Positions 6,320 to 14,330 of a stretch of DNA of 24,929 nucleotides are shown one piece after another. The DNA lies in the IMG/VR virus record IMGVR_UViG_3300044448_002809, positions 1-24,929 of that record; one strand, written 5' to 3'. Position 1 is the stretch's first letter, and every line of letters starts with the position of its first letter. A model generated the notes under the pieces. That model worked only from the letters and a program-made list of their open reading frames with translations. It had not been told where the DNA came from and ran no database searches. The DNA is from a virus. Taxonomy: Duplodnaviria > Caudoviricetes. The position numbers were made by a program, and so were the translations under genes.

Positions 6320-7656
6320 GTTATGCAGAAGATATTATAAAACAATCAATACAAGACATAAAATTACAACATTCAAGAGCTAGACGTAAACATATTGAAA
6401 AACTTTTGAATTATTATACAGGAACAGATACTTGGAATTACATTGCAGGAAAAGAGGGTAATTATTTTGACTCTCATTCTTTTAATGAAGTTCCTCCTTA
6501 TAATATGAACTTAACTAAAAAATTTATTGATAAAAAATCAAGAATTTATACCCTTTCCCCTAATCGTGATCTTGGAAACGAGAGTGCCAACAAACAATAC
6601 GAAGAATTATTATTTTATAAGAATTTAAGAATGAAGCACATTGAGAGAATGACCAATTTAATTGGAACTCCTGCTGTCAGAGTTATGTGGGAAGAGGATG
6701 AGGATAAAAAATGTTTCGAGTATCGTGTAGTTTATTACTATGATGCTTTTTTCACTTCTCCTAATCCATATAAACCATATGCGATCATTTATCCCATCCT
6801 CAATCCTACACAAGAGGTTGATTATATAAATCCTGTTGAATTTGCCTATTGGGATGACCAACAAAATATTATTTTTGATGAAGATGGAAATATAAAAGAA
6901 GAATATGTAAATCCTTATGGAGTTCTTCCATTTGTATTTCCTAGAGATACAGAACAAATTGATGATTTTTATGGTGAAGGCTCGACAGATGTCGTTGCTA
7001 CCAACGAGCATTTGAATATCCTTATGACGGAGCTTATGCTAGGCTTACGTTTTCAGATGTTCGGACAATCCTGGGCATCTGGCGTATATGAGGATCAGCC
7101 AATAGCCAGAGTTGGTTCTGACAAACTGATCAATCTACCTCAAGATGGTAGATTTGGTATAGAATCCCCAGGAGGCGATCCTCAAAAAGTATTAGAAATT
7201 GCTAAAGGAATGATTGAAATGTTAGCAACATCTAAACATATGCACGTCACATTTGATTCTAAACAAGATAGACCTTCTTCAGGACTTGCTCTTCGTATAA
7301 AAGACTTTGAGTTTGTAGAAGATTATAAAGATGATATAGAAACTTGGCGAATATTTGAAAATGATCTATACAACGTAGAAAGAGCTATTGCAAATACAAA
7401 TGGAGTAAATCTTCCTAATAAATTTTCAGTAGATTTTAAAGAACCTGAATATCCTCGTTCATTTTCTGAACAAATTCAAAAAGATGATTGGGAATTGTCA
7501 CATGGATTGCTTACATTAGAAGAGATTCTAAAGCGTAATAATTCTGACTTGTCTTTAGAGCAGGCAAGAGAAATTATAGCTAAGAATAAACAATCTTTAA
7601 ATGCTGAAGGAGATCAAATGGAGGATGATATAACAAATGGGTCAAGTAGTAGGTGA
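6316..7656 (+). CDS. portal protein
   Basis: 446 aa directly after terL (ATGA overlap). YYTG N-terminal motif and SGLALRIK motif typical of SPP1-like portals. Confidence 0.9.
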   Translation: MSYAEDIIKQSIQDIKLQHSRARRKHIEKLLNYYTGTDTWNYIAGKEGNYFDSHSFNEVPPYNMNLTKKFIDKKSRIYTLSPNRDLGNESANKQYEELLFYKNLRMKHIERMTNLIGTPAVRVMWEEDEDKKCFEYRVVYYYDAFFTSPNPYKPYAIIYPILNPTQEVDYINPVEFAYWDDQQNIIFDEDGNIKEEYVNPYGVLPFVFPRDTEQIDDFYGEGSTDVVATNEHLNILMTELMLGLRFQMFGQSWASGVYEDQPIARVGSDKLINLPQDGRFGIESPGGDPQKVLEIAKGMIEMLATSKHMHVTFDSKQDRPSSGLALRIKDFEFVEDYKDDIETWRIFENDLYNVERAIANTNGVNLPNKFSVDFKEPEYPRSFSEQIQKDDWELSHGLLTLEEILKRNNSDLSLEQAREIIAKNKQSLNAEGDQMEDDITNGSSSR

Positions 7657-8140
7657 TTGGGTTTTTGAGCCAAATTTAGAAGCATATATTGAAGAGGCAC
7701 AAAAAAGAGCATTATTAAATACTTCTGATAGAGTTGGAGAACAAGCTATAAACGTTGTAATGGATGCTTGGCTTGAAGAAAGTGGATTTACATTTGCAGG
7801 ACAGCGTGTTAAATGGATAAGAAGTCCAACTAGTACAAGAGAAAATGATATACTAGATGACACAGGTCTTTTAAAATCAACTCTTGGCTATAGAACTTTA
7901 AGTAAGTCTCCATACCTTGAACTTACGATTGAAAAAGAATCATATCCAGACAGACCTGATATAGATACAGAATTTGTTTCATCTATTCATCAAGATTCAT
8001 TTCCACATCTAGGAATACCTGAAGAATATATTATGAGATCAGGAAGTGTTGGTTCTGAGGTATTAAGAATATATAGAGAAGAATTTAAAGACGCTTTCTT
8101 TCAATTAATGGATGAAGGCAAATTATATGAAAAAGAATAA
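7637..8140 (+). CDS. putative virion morphogenesis protein (Mu gpG / HK97 gp10-like)
   Basis: ILDDTGLLKST matches the DTGxLxxS motif of these families. Located in the head module. Confidence 0.55.
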   Translation: MGQVVGDWVFEPNLEAYIEEAQKRALLNTSDRVGEQAINVVMDAWLEESGFTFAGQRVKWIRSPTSTRENDILDDTGLLKSTLGYRTLSKSPYLELTIEKESYPDRPDIDTEFVSSIHQDSFPHLGIPEEYIMRSGSVGSEVLRIYREEFKDAFFQLMDEGKLYEKE

Positions 8141-8149
8141 AAATATTTA

Positions 8150-8341
8150 ATGAGGTATATTATGACCAAAAAAGAAATGCAACAAGTAGAAGGAATATTA
8201 AAAAAAGTACTAAAAGATATGCTAAGTGAAGAAGAGCCTGTAGAAATATATCATGATCTAGCAGTATCATTTCCTGTTGCAATATTAGATAAGATAGAAG
8301 ACTTTCTAGGACACCCAATTGACTATATGGGAATTTCTTAG
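8150..8341 (+). CDS. small hypothetical protein
   Basis: 63-aa ORF filling the gap. The true start may be ATG 8162, after GAGG. Confidence 0.6.
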   Translation: MRYIMTKKEMQQVEGILKKVLKDMLSEEEPVEIYHDLAVSFPVAILDKIEDFLGHPIDYMGIS

Positions 8342-8371
8342 TTGCATAGTGTTTCTAGGCTTTCTTAAATT
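8342..8371 (+). promoter_or_regulatory. sigma70-like promoter for scaffold/capsid genes
   Basis: TTGCAT, 18-bp spacer, TAAATT, followed by AGGAG and the scaffold ATG. Confidence 0.6.
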
Positions 8372-8397
8372 TACCACGAAAAACCAGGAGAAAAATT

Positions 8398-8919
8398 ATG
8401 ACAGAGGAAGGAGTTCAGATGAACGAAGAAACACAATCAGTACAGGAAGGTACACCACAGTCTCAAGGAGAGTCTGTTGATTATAAAGCACTCTATCTTG
8501 ATGAAGTGCAGAATGCAAAAAAACTTCGCAAGAGAGCGCAGGATGCAGAGGAAACGGTTCAGAAAAACACTAAGGCACAAGAAACCTTAAAAGTCAAACA
8601 AATGCAAGAGCAGGAAAAATATAAGGAATTATATGAACAAACTGCTCCGTATAAAGACAAATGGGAATCTTATGAGGCTAGTCGTAGAGAATCATTACTT
8701 TCAAAGCTGCCAGAGGAAGATAGAGAGAAAATGAGTCAGAAAGATTTAGATACTCTCGAATATGTAGTTAGTGTAAGAGAAGAGTCTAAACCTGTCAACC
8801 CTCAACATCAGGCATCTGCTCCTAGGAAAGTTAATCTTGACAAACCTTACGATCAAATGAATGAGCAAGAGAGAAGAGTATGGCATGAACAGACTGTTAA
8901 TAATTATAAAAGAAAATAA
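8398..8919 (+). CDS. capsid scaffolding protein
   Basis: E/Q/K-rich coiled-coil protein immediately upstream of the major capsid gene. AGGAG SD. Confidence 0.8.
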   Translation: MTEEGVQMNEETQSVQEGTPQSQGESVDYKALYLDEVQNAKKLRKRAQDAEETVQKNTKAQETLKVKQMQEQEKYKELYEQTAPYKDKWESYEASRRESLLSKLPEEDREKMSQKDLDTLEYVVSVREESKPVNPQHQASAPRKVNLDKPYDQMNEQERRVWHEQTVNNYKRK

Positions 8920-8939
8920 AATTTAAGGAGAGTTAAAAA

Positions 8940-9899
8940 ATGGCTTTTGATAATGCACATTTAATGACAGGTGGTGGTGTTGCTGCAAATGATGGAACAC
9001 ATTCTTTTGATGTATTTGTTCCTGAAGTGTGGGGTCCAGCTGTAGAACTAGCGTTTAAAAATCAACTTGTTTTTGGTAAACTTGCAAAAGATTTATCTTC
9101 GTTTGCTGCCGGTGGTGGTGATGTAATACATATACCAACATTTGATACAATTTCTTCAGGAACTAAAACTCCTGAGACTGCAATATCTTATGGTGTAGAT
9201 GGAGCTGCTCAAACAGAAGAAACTTTAACAATAAATCAACATGCTTATTCAGCAACTTTAATTGAAGACCTTTTAAAAGTTCAAAGTAGCTATGATTTAA
9301 TGAATATCTATACAGGAGAAATGGGATATTCTTTAGGAAATACTATTGATAATAAGATTGAAGATTTATTATTGGCTTCATGTCAAAGTGCTTCAGGAAA
9401 AATTAATGGTATAGTAACAGGTGCTGACTTAAAAGGTAGCTCTAATTCAGACTTTGAACTAATATTAAGCAATGTATTAGGTCAAGACCCAGATGTTACA
9501 AATTGGACATTAGTTGTTTCTCCTGCAGCATATGCAACATTATCTGCTCTTGTTCAGTTGTCTTATGGAACAGCAGGTTCTCCATTAGGTCAAGGTTTTG
9601 CTAATTCAGGTCAAATTGGAACTGTATTTGGTATGCCTATTATGATGTCAAATAATGTAACTACAGCTCAAACTAATATGGATAATGCTGGTGGTCAAAC
9701 TGACAACTTTACTCCTATTGGTTACTGTGTTCATAAATCTGCCATACAAATAGCTTATAGCCAAAAAGTTAGAATGCAGGCTGATTATGATATTGACCAT
9801 TTAGGAACTAAGATGGTTAGTGATGTTATATATGGTGTAAATGTTAGAAACTCAAGTACAACAGGACAAAGAAGAGTATTTATCCTAGGTGCAGAGTAA
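8940..9899 (+). CDS. major capsid protein (HK97 fold)
   Basis: FVPEVW, GDVIHIP, TLTINQ..YS...IED, GTVFGMPIMMSNN and DVIYGV motifs. Strong AAGGAG SD and a downstream terminator. Confidence 0.92.
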   Translation: MAFDNAHLMTGGGVAANDGTHSFDVFVPEVWGPAVELAFKNQLVFGKLAKDLSSFAAGGGDVIHIPTFDTISSGTKTPETAISYGVDGAAQTEETLTINQHAYSATLIEDLLKVQSSYDLMNIYTGEMGYSLGNTIDNKIEDLLLASCQSASGKINGIVTGADLKGSSNSDFELILSNVLGQDPDVTNWTLVVSPAAYATLSALVQLSYGTAGSPLGQGFANSGQIGTVFGMPIMMSNNVTTAQTNMDNAGGQTDNFTPIGYCVHKSAIQIAYSQKVRMQADYDIDHLGTKMVSDVIYGVNVRNSSTTGQRRVFILGAE

Positions 9900-9918
9900 T
9901 ACATAACTGTTAACTAAA

Positions 9919-9948
9919 TAAAGGGGGTGGGTTTCTGCCCCCTTTTTT
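9919..9948 (+). terminator. intrinsic terminator after the major capsid gene
   Basis: AAGGGGGTGG-GTTT-CTGCCCCCTT followed by a T tract. Confidence 0.85.
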
Positions 9949-9962
9949 AAATTGAGGCGTAT

Positions 9963-10118
9963 ATGAAAATAAAACACGTTTTATCAGGCGAAGTTAAAGA
10001 ATGTTCAGAATTAGAACATCATATGATGATGGATAGTAATGATTGGGAAGTTGTAGTAGAAAAAAAGAAGCCTGTTGTTAAAAAGAAAGCAAAAAAATCT
10101 AAGAAATCATCTAAATAA
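9963..10118 (+). CDS. small protein with Lys-rich tail (not in ORF track)
   Basis: Hand-translated 51 aa MKIKHVLSGEV...KKKAKKSKKSSK. GAGG upstream. Confidence 0.7.
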   Translation: MKIKHVLSGEVKECSELEHHMMMDSNDWEVVVEKKKPVVKKKAKKSKKSSK

Positions 10119-10134
10119 TCATTAAATTATAGCA

Positions 10135-10599
10135 ATGATTAAACAGATAAAAGAGATAGTAGAGTATGCTCTCTATAGAGTCGATTCCTATAGTGACGAT
10201 GCTCTAGCAATGGTGGTTCGTACAGGAATGGCAGAATCAGGATACAGGGCGTTAAAAGGCTATGGTGAAGGCAACCCTGCAATTGGATTTTGGCAAATTG
10301 AACCTGCTACCATGAATGATATGATAGATAATTATATTCACTACCGATCACATTATAAGAAAAACCTTATTTCCCTAGGAATGAATTTTGAGAAAGATAC
10401 AATCATGTCTGTTATGTCGAATATGGCAGTACAGGCAGCACTATGTAGACTTCATTATCGTAGAGACAAAGACCCAATACCATCTTGGGATGATTTGGAA
10501 GGTCAAGCAAAATATTGGAAGAGAGTATATAACACTATTGAAGGCAGAGGAACAGTTGAGCATTTTATGAAAGCCAATAGTGATGTTGGATTCGATTAG
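10135..10599 (+). CDS. putative endolysin, lysozyme-like/transglycosylase fold
   Basis: AESG catalytic Glu motif, GFWQIEP and YWKRVYNT. Adjacent to membrane proteins. Confidence 0.7.
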   Translation: MIKQIKEIVEYALYRVDSYSDDALAMVVRTGMAESGYRALKGYGEGNPAIGFWQIEPATMNDMIDNYIHYRSHYKKNLISLGMNFEKDTIMSVMSNMAVQAALCRLHYRRDKDPIPSWDDLEGQAKYWKRVYNTIEGRGTVEHFMKANSDVGFD

Positions 10600-10819
10600 G
10601 ACAACTATATCCAATAGACCATTCTCTAGCCTTGGAACATCATTTGGTGGATACCTTTTATCTTTAACAGAATTTCTAACACCTTTATTAAGATTCTGTA
10701 TATTAGTCTTTAGTACCATAACAGCCTTCTCCATAGCATACGTTCATTATAACAAAGCAAGGAGAGTTTGGAATGGCGAAGAAAACTCCGGTAAGAAGGA
10801 CAATAGTAACTCCAGATAA
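10580..10819 (+). CDS. holin-like membrane protein
   Basis: Hydrophobic segments with a charged C-terminus, overlapping the endolysin gene. Confidence 0.55.
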   Translation: MMLDSIRTTISNRPFSSLGTSFGGYLLSLTEFLTPLLRFCILVFSTITAFSIAYVHYNKARRVWNGEENSGKKDNSNSR

Positions 10820-11549
10820 GCATTTCCCTTTAGCAGATATGCCTGCTATTAAAGTTGTATGTAAAGCAATAGAGATATTAAAACCTGATGCCTATGTAGA
10901 TTTAGGAGATACAGGTGAATGGGAAGGATGTTCTGCCTGGAAATGGAAAAAGAAGAAACGACCCCCTTTAGAATATCAAATACCTGCCATAGAGAAAGAT
11001 ATAATAGATGTCAACAAAGGTATGGATATAATTGATGAATCTCTAGATAAGGCTAATTGCTATACTAAGCATTTTTGTGAGGGTAATCACGATGATTGGT
11101 TAAATAGGTTTAATGATGAGCATCCATATTTAAATCTATCTGTTAAAAATGCAATAAGGCTAAAGGAACGTGGTTATAGTTATCATCCTGCAGGTAAATA
11201 TCTAAAGATAGGTAAATTACATTTCTATCATGGTCACCATTATGCTAGTGTTAATCACGCTAGAAACCATCTTATGAAATTAGGTGTCAATATTATGTAT
11301 GGTCATCATCATGATGTTCAACAAGCATCTGTTACACATATGGATGGTCAAAAGTCTGCCTGGTCAATTGGATGCCTGAAAGATATGAGTGATGAGGAAA
11401 ATAAATGGCTAGGATATAGAAAAACTAATTGGAGTCATGCTTTTTCTATTGTAGATTTCTTTGAAAGTGGGTATTTTACGGTACACGTTATACAGATAAT
11501 TAAGGGTAAAACCTCCCTTTGGGGTGAGATTATAGATGGGAATAAGTAA
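10773..11549 (+). CDS. calcineurin-like metallophosphoesterase
   Basis: All five motifs present: PDKH, LGD, GNHD, HGH and GHHH. Confidence 0.9.
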   Translation: MAKKTPVRRTIVTPDKHFPLADMPAIKVVCKAIEILKPDAYVDLGDTGEWEGCSAWKWKKKKRPPLEYQIPAIEKDIIDVNKGMDIIDESLDKANCYTKHFCEGNHDDWLNRFNDEHPYLNLSVKNAIRLKERGYSYHPAGKYLKIGKLHFYHGHHYASVNHARNHLMKLGVNIMYGHHHDVQQASVTHMDGQKSAWSIGCLKDMSDEENKWLGYRKTNWSHAFSIVDFFESGYFTVHVIQIIKGKTSLWGEIIDGNK

Positions 11550-11809
11550 TGGATATTCTACAAGTAATAGAGACACTAGGAGTTCCTATAGCTGTATCTG
11601 TAGGTCTAGGTTATGCCTTGATGTATCTTATAAAATTTATTACAAAAGATATCAAAGCTGATATTAAAAACTTATATGAAATTACTGTTAAACTCATAGA
11701 TAGTAATAGACAGGCAAAAGATGAAACTAAGAAAACTATGACAGCAGTAAATACTATAAAAGATTTATTTTTAAAATTATTCAATGGAATCGGAAAGAGA
11801 AAAGATTAA
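11549..11809 (+). CDS. holin-like single-TM protein with coiled-coil tail
   Basis: ETLGVPIAVSVGLGYALMYLIKFI transmembrane helix. TAATG coupling to the upstream gene. Confidence 0.6.
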   Translation: MDILQVIETLGVPIAVSVGLGYALMYLIKFITKDIKADIKNLYEITVKLIDSNRQAKDETKKTMTAVNTIKDLFLKLFNGIGKRKD

Positions 11810-11951
11810 AATGGAACTTATAGAGACAAGGCTATCTTTATTAGAGTCTATATCTCATACTCCTATAGATTGGGAGAGAAAAATCAAATCTCTAGAAGAA
11901 GCGTATGAAAGATTATATAATTTAATAAAAAACAAAATAGGAGAAGAATAA
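11784..11951 (+). CDS. small coiled-coil protein (not in ORF track)
   Basis: Hand-translated 55 aa MESEREKIKMELIETRL...KNKIGEE. Alternative start at 11811. Confidence 0.6.
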   Translation: MESEREKIKMELIETRLSLLESISHTPIDWERKIKSLEEAYERLYNLIKNKIGEE

Positions 11952-12106
11952 TGCCTGCAATAATAGCTTTTTTAACAAAAACACTTTTAACTGAAAAAAT
12001 AATGAAAGTAGTTTTAATTGCTTTAGGAGATTATTTAGTTGCTAGTACTAAAAACAAATTAGATGATGTTGCTTGGAAACAAGTAAAAAAGGCTTTAAAT
12101 AAATAA
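11951..12106 (+). CDS. small amphipathic protein (not in ORF track)
   Basis: Hand-translated 51 aa MPAIIAFLTKTLL...STKNKLDDVAWKQVKKALNK. GGAG SD, TAATG coupling, stop abuts the next ATG. Confidence 0.75.
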   Translation: MPAIIAFLTKTLLTEKIMKVVLIALGDYLVASTKNKLDDVAWKQVKKALNK

Positions 12107-13261
12107 ATGAATGATGTAAAACTACAAGAGGGATTACAGCCTATTGATAAACATCTTCGACCTATTAAGGTTGGTGGTCAGGTTTCTGCACTTGAAATAT
12201 CTACAGAAGATGTAAGGGTTAGAAATCTACAAGTTTCTGGAACTTTTACAGGTAGTATTGAAACAATAAACTCTAATAGTGATATTACTTTAAATGCTGT
12301 AAATGATGTGAATATTCCTGTAAATGTTGGATTAACATTTGGTGATGATGGTGAAAAGATTGAGGGTAATGGACTTGATTTAACAATTTCATCAAGTAGG
12401 CATCTTACATTAGATATAGCAGGTGTTCTTGTATCTGATTCGGCTGTAGGTACATTCCAATTTTTAGATGATGGAGATTCAGATGATCTTTTTCAAATAA
12501 CAGTAGCAGGTGGAACAGGTGCAACTACTTTAGAGACAACAAGTCCAGATACTGATGGCATTATGCACATAAAAGCAGAAGGTGATACAATTGAATTAGA
12601 AGCAGAAAGCTATATAAAATGTGCTAACCCAATTCAAATGAATGAAGTAGCAAGTGCTGTTGGAGATAATGCAGGTTATGGTCAAATATGGGTTAAAAAC
12701 TCAACTCCAAATGAATTATACTTTACTACAGATGCAGGTGATGATATACAATTAACTTCTGGAACATCAGCAGCAGGTGGTGGAGGTGGTGGAACAAGTA
12801 GATGGGCGCATTCTTGGGGTGGTTATAAAACTAATAATGGTTCATCAACTGTTTACTATATGCAATATTACCCAAATAATAACAATTGGAATAATTCAGA
12901 ATCATCTCCAACAACTATTGGTTATTTTGATATGTATTCAGCAGAGTGGATTGCACCTGCTAATGGTACATTAACAAAAATAGATGTATTTGTTAGAGGT
13001 GGTACTGATGATTGTCAATTTTATGTATTTAAAGGCGCTCCATCTGAAACAGGTAGCAGTACAATGAGCTTAACCCAAATAGGTGCAAGTGGTGCTTGTG
13101 GAATAGATAGTTCAAGTCAGACATTTTATCAAACTGCTGCAATAAGTAGTTCTAATACATTTAGTGCAGGTGAAGGTTTATGGATTATGATAAAAAAGGA
13201 AGCACATAGTTCAAATCAATCTTTTTACTTTAGTGGAACAATAAGTGGAGAATATTCATAA
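12107..13261 (+). CDS. fibre/receptor-binding-like virion protein
   Basis: G/S/T/D-rich beta-type sequence, GLTFGDDGEKIEG segment, a poly-Gly linker and a separate C-terminal domain. Confidence 0.65.
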   Translation: MNDVKLQEGLQPIDKHLRPIKVGGQVSALEISTEDVRVRNLQVSGTFTGSIETINSNSDITLNAVNDVNIPVNVGLTFGDDGEKIEGNGLDLTISSSRHLTLDIAGVLVSDSAVGTFQFLDDGDSDDLFQITVAGGTGATTLETTSPDTDGIMHIKAEGDTIELEAESYIKCANPIQMNEVASAVGDNAGYGQIWVKNSTPNELYFTTDAGDDIQLTSGTSAAGGGGGGTSRWAHSWGGYKTNNGSSTVYYMQYYPNNNNWNNSESSPTTIGYFDMYSAEWIAPANGTLTKIDVFVRGGTDDCQFYVFKGAPSETGSSTMSLTQIGASGACGIDSSSQTFYQTAAISSSNTFSAGEGLWIMIKKEAHSSNQSFYFSGTISGEYS

Positions 13262-13401
13262 TGTCTATAAATAAAATAGATAAAACAACATCACCATATA
13301 TAGATGTTGTAGATGAAAATAGTGATGAACCTTTAATGGTTTTGAATAAAAATATAGTAGATAAAATTAATGAAATGATAGATTGGATAAATGCCCAATG
13401 A
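13261..13401 (+). CDS. small hypothetical protein (not in ORF track)
   Basis: Hand-translated 46 aa MSINKIDK...INEMIDWINAQ. GGAG SD, overlaps at both ends. Confidence 0.7.
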   Translation: MSINKIDKTTSPYIDVVDENSDEPLMVLNKNIVDKINEMIDWINAQ

Positions 13402-13523
13402 GTAAAGATAAAAAATTAACAAAAGATGAAATGATTGCTAAACTTGAAAAAGAAATAAAAGAACTACAGATTGCATATCATCAAAAAACAGGTGCTTTAG
13501 CATATTTAAAGGAGATTGAATAG
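13398..13523 (+). CDS. small coiled-coil protein (not in ORF track)
   Basis: Hand-translated 41 aa MSKDKKLTKDEMIAKLEKEIKELQ...YLKEIE. ATGA overlap, stop abuts the next ATG. Confidence 0.7.
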   Translation: MSKDKKLTKDEMIAKLEKEIKELQIAYHQKTGALAYLKEIE

Positions 13524-14321
13524 ATGCCTACATTTCAAGGAAATCCATTTAGTAATTTTTACAAGAGAATATTACAGATAAATCAATCTTCTAATACAGG
13601 TGTAGATACTACAGTTAGAAATGTAGAAAGTGGAGATGGTGCAAAAACTTGTTTAAATATGTCAGATGATGAAATGGCTATTCAGCCACAAAATGATGAA
13701 GGAACAAGAATATTTAAAGTTTCAAGTGCAAGTGGAACAGAATTACTTAAAGTAGATTCTACCAATTCAGTTGTTAAGGCACTTAATCATAATGTTAATA
13801 CACAATATGCTTATTTTGGAGTAACTTCTGTAATGACATCACAATTTTTAGCTAATAAGCATTATGCTATGCCATTTAATCATAATGAGTTTTCTAATAC
13901 TATGTATTTACCTGTATTTGGCACAGGAACTGATCCTGATACAACATTTACAACTGCTGATGGCAATAGTACAAGAGCATCTGACCTTGTGCCTGTGATG
14001 TGGAGAGTTCCAGATGATATTACAATAGATGAGATTAAGCATTTTGAAGGTGCAGATGCAGCAACAGGAGACACAACAAGGATGCACTTAATGAGTTACA
14101 CATTTACATCAGGGTCAACAAGTGCATTAACTTCTGGTGCTGTTATAGCCAATACTTCAGCAGATAATACAAATGCAGGTACTGAACAAGCATACTTAAA
14201 AGATTGGACTATAAATACTGCAAATGTTGATGCAGGAACAGTTTTAGTGTGTACTTTTAGATCAGATTCAAATAATTCTGATTATGCAATGAATGTAACA
14301 ATTAAATATCATTTAAGATAA
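13524..14321 (+). CDS. fibre/receptor-binding-like virion protein
   Basis: S/T/N-rich 265 aa. C-terminal domain resembles that of 12107-13261. AAGGAG SD. Confidence 0.6.
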   Translation: MPTFQGNPFSNFYKRILQINQSSNTGVDTTVRNVESGDGAKTCLNMSDDEMAIQPQNDEGTRIFKVSSASGTELLKVDSTNSVVKALNHNVNTQYAYFGVTSVMTSQFLANKHYAMPFNHNEFSNTMYLPVFGTGTDPDTTFTTADGNSTRASDLVPVMWRVPDDITIDEIKHFEGADAATGDTTRMHLMSYTFTSGSTSALTSGAVIANTSADNTNAGTEQAYLKDWTINTANVDAGTVLVCTFRSDSNNSDYAMNVTIKYHLR

Positions 14322-14330
14322 GGGGATAAA

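Noticed and set aside
5553-7863. ORFs 5553-5855, 5651-5983, 6658-7011 and 7642-7863
   Set aside because: Nested in or antisense to terL, portal and the morphogenesis gene.
12107-14321. Diversity-generating retroelement targeting the fibre C-termini
   Set aside because: No reverse transcriptase and no near-identical template/variable repeat pair seen in this window.
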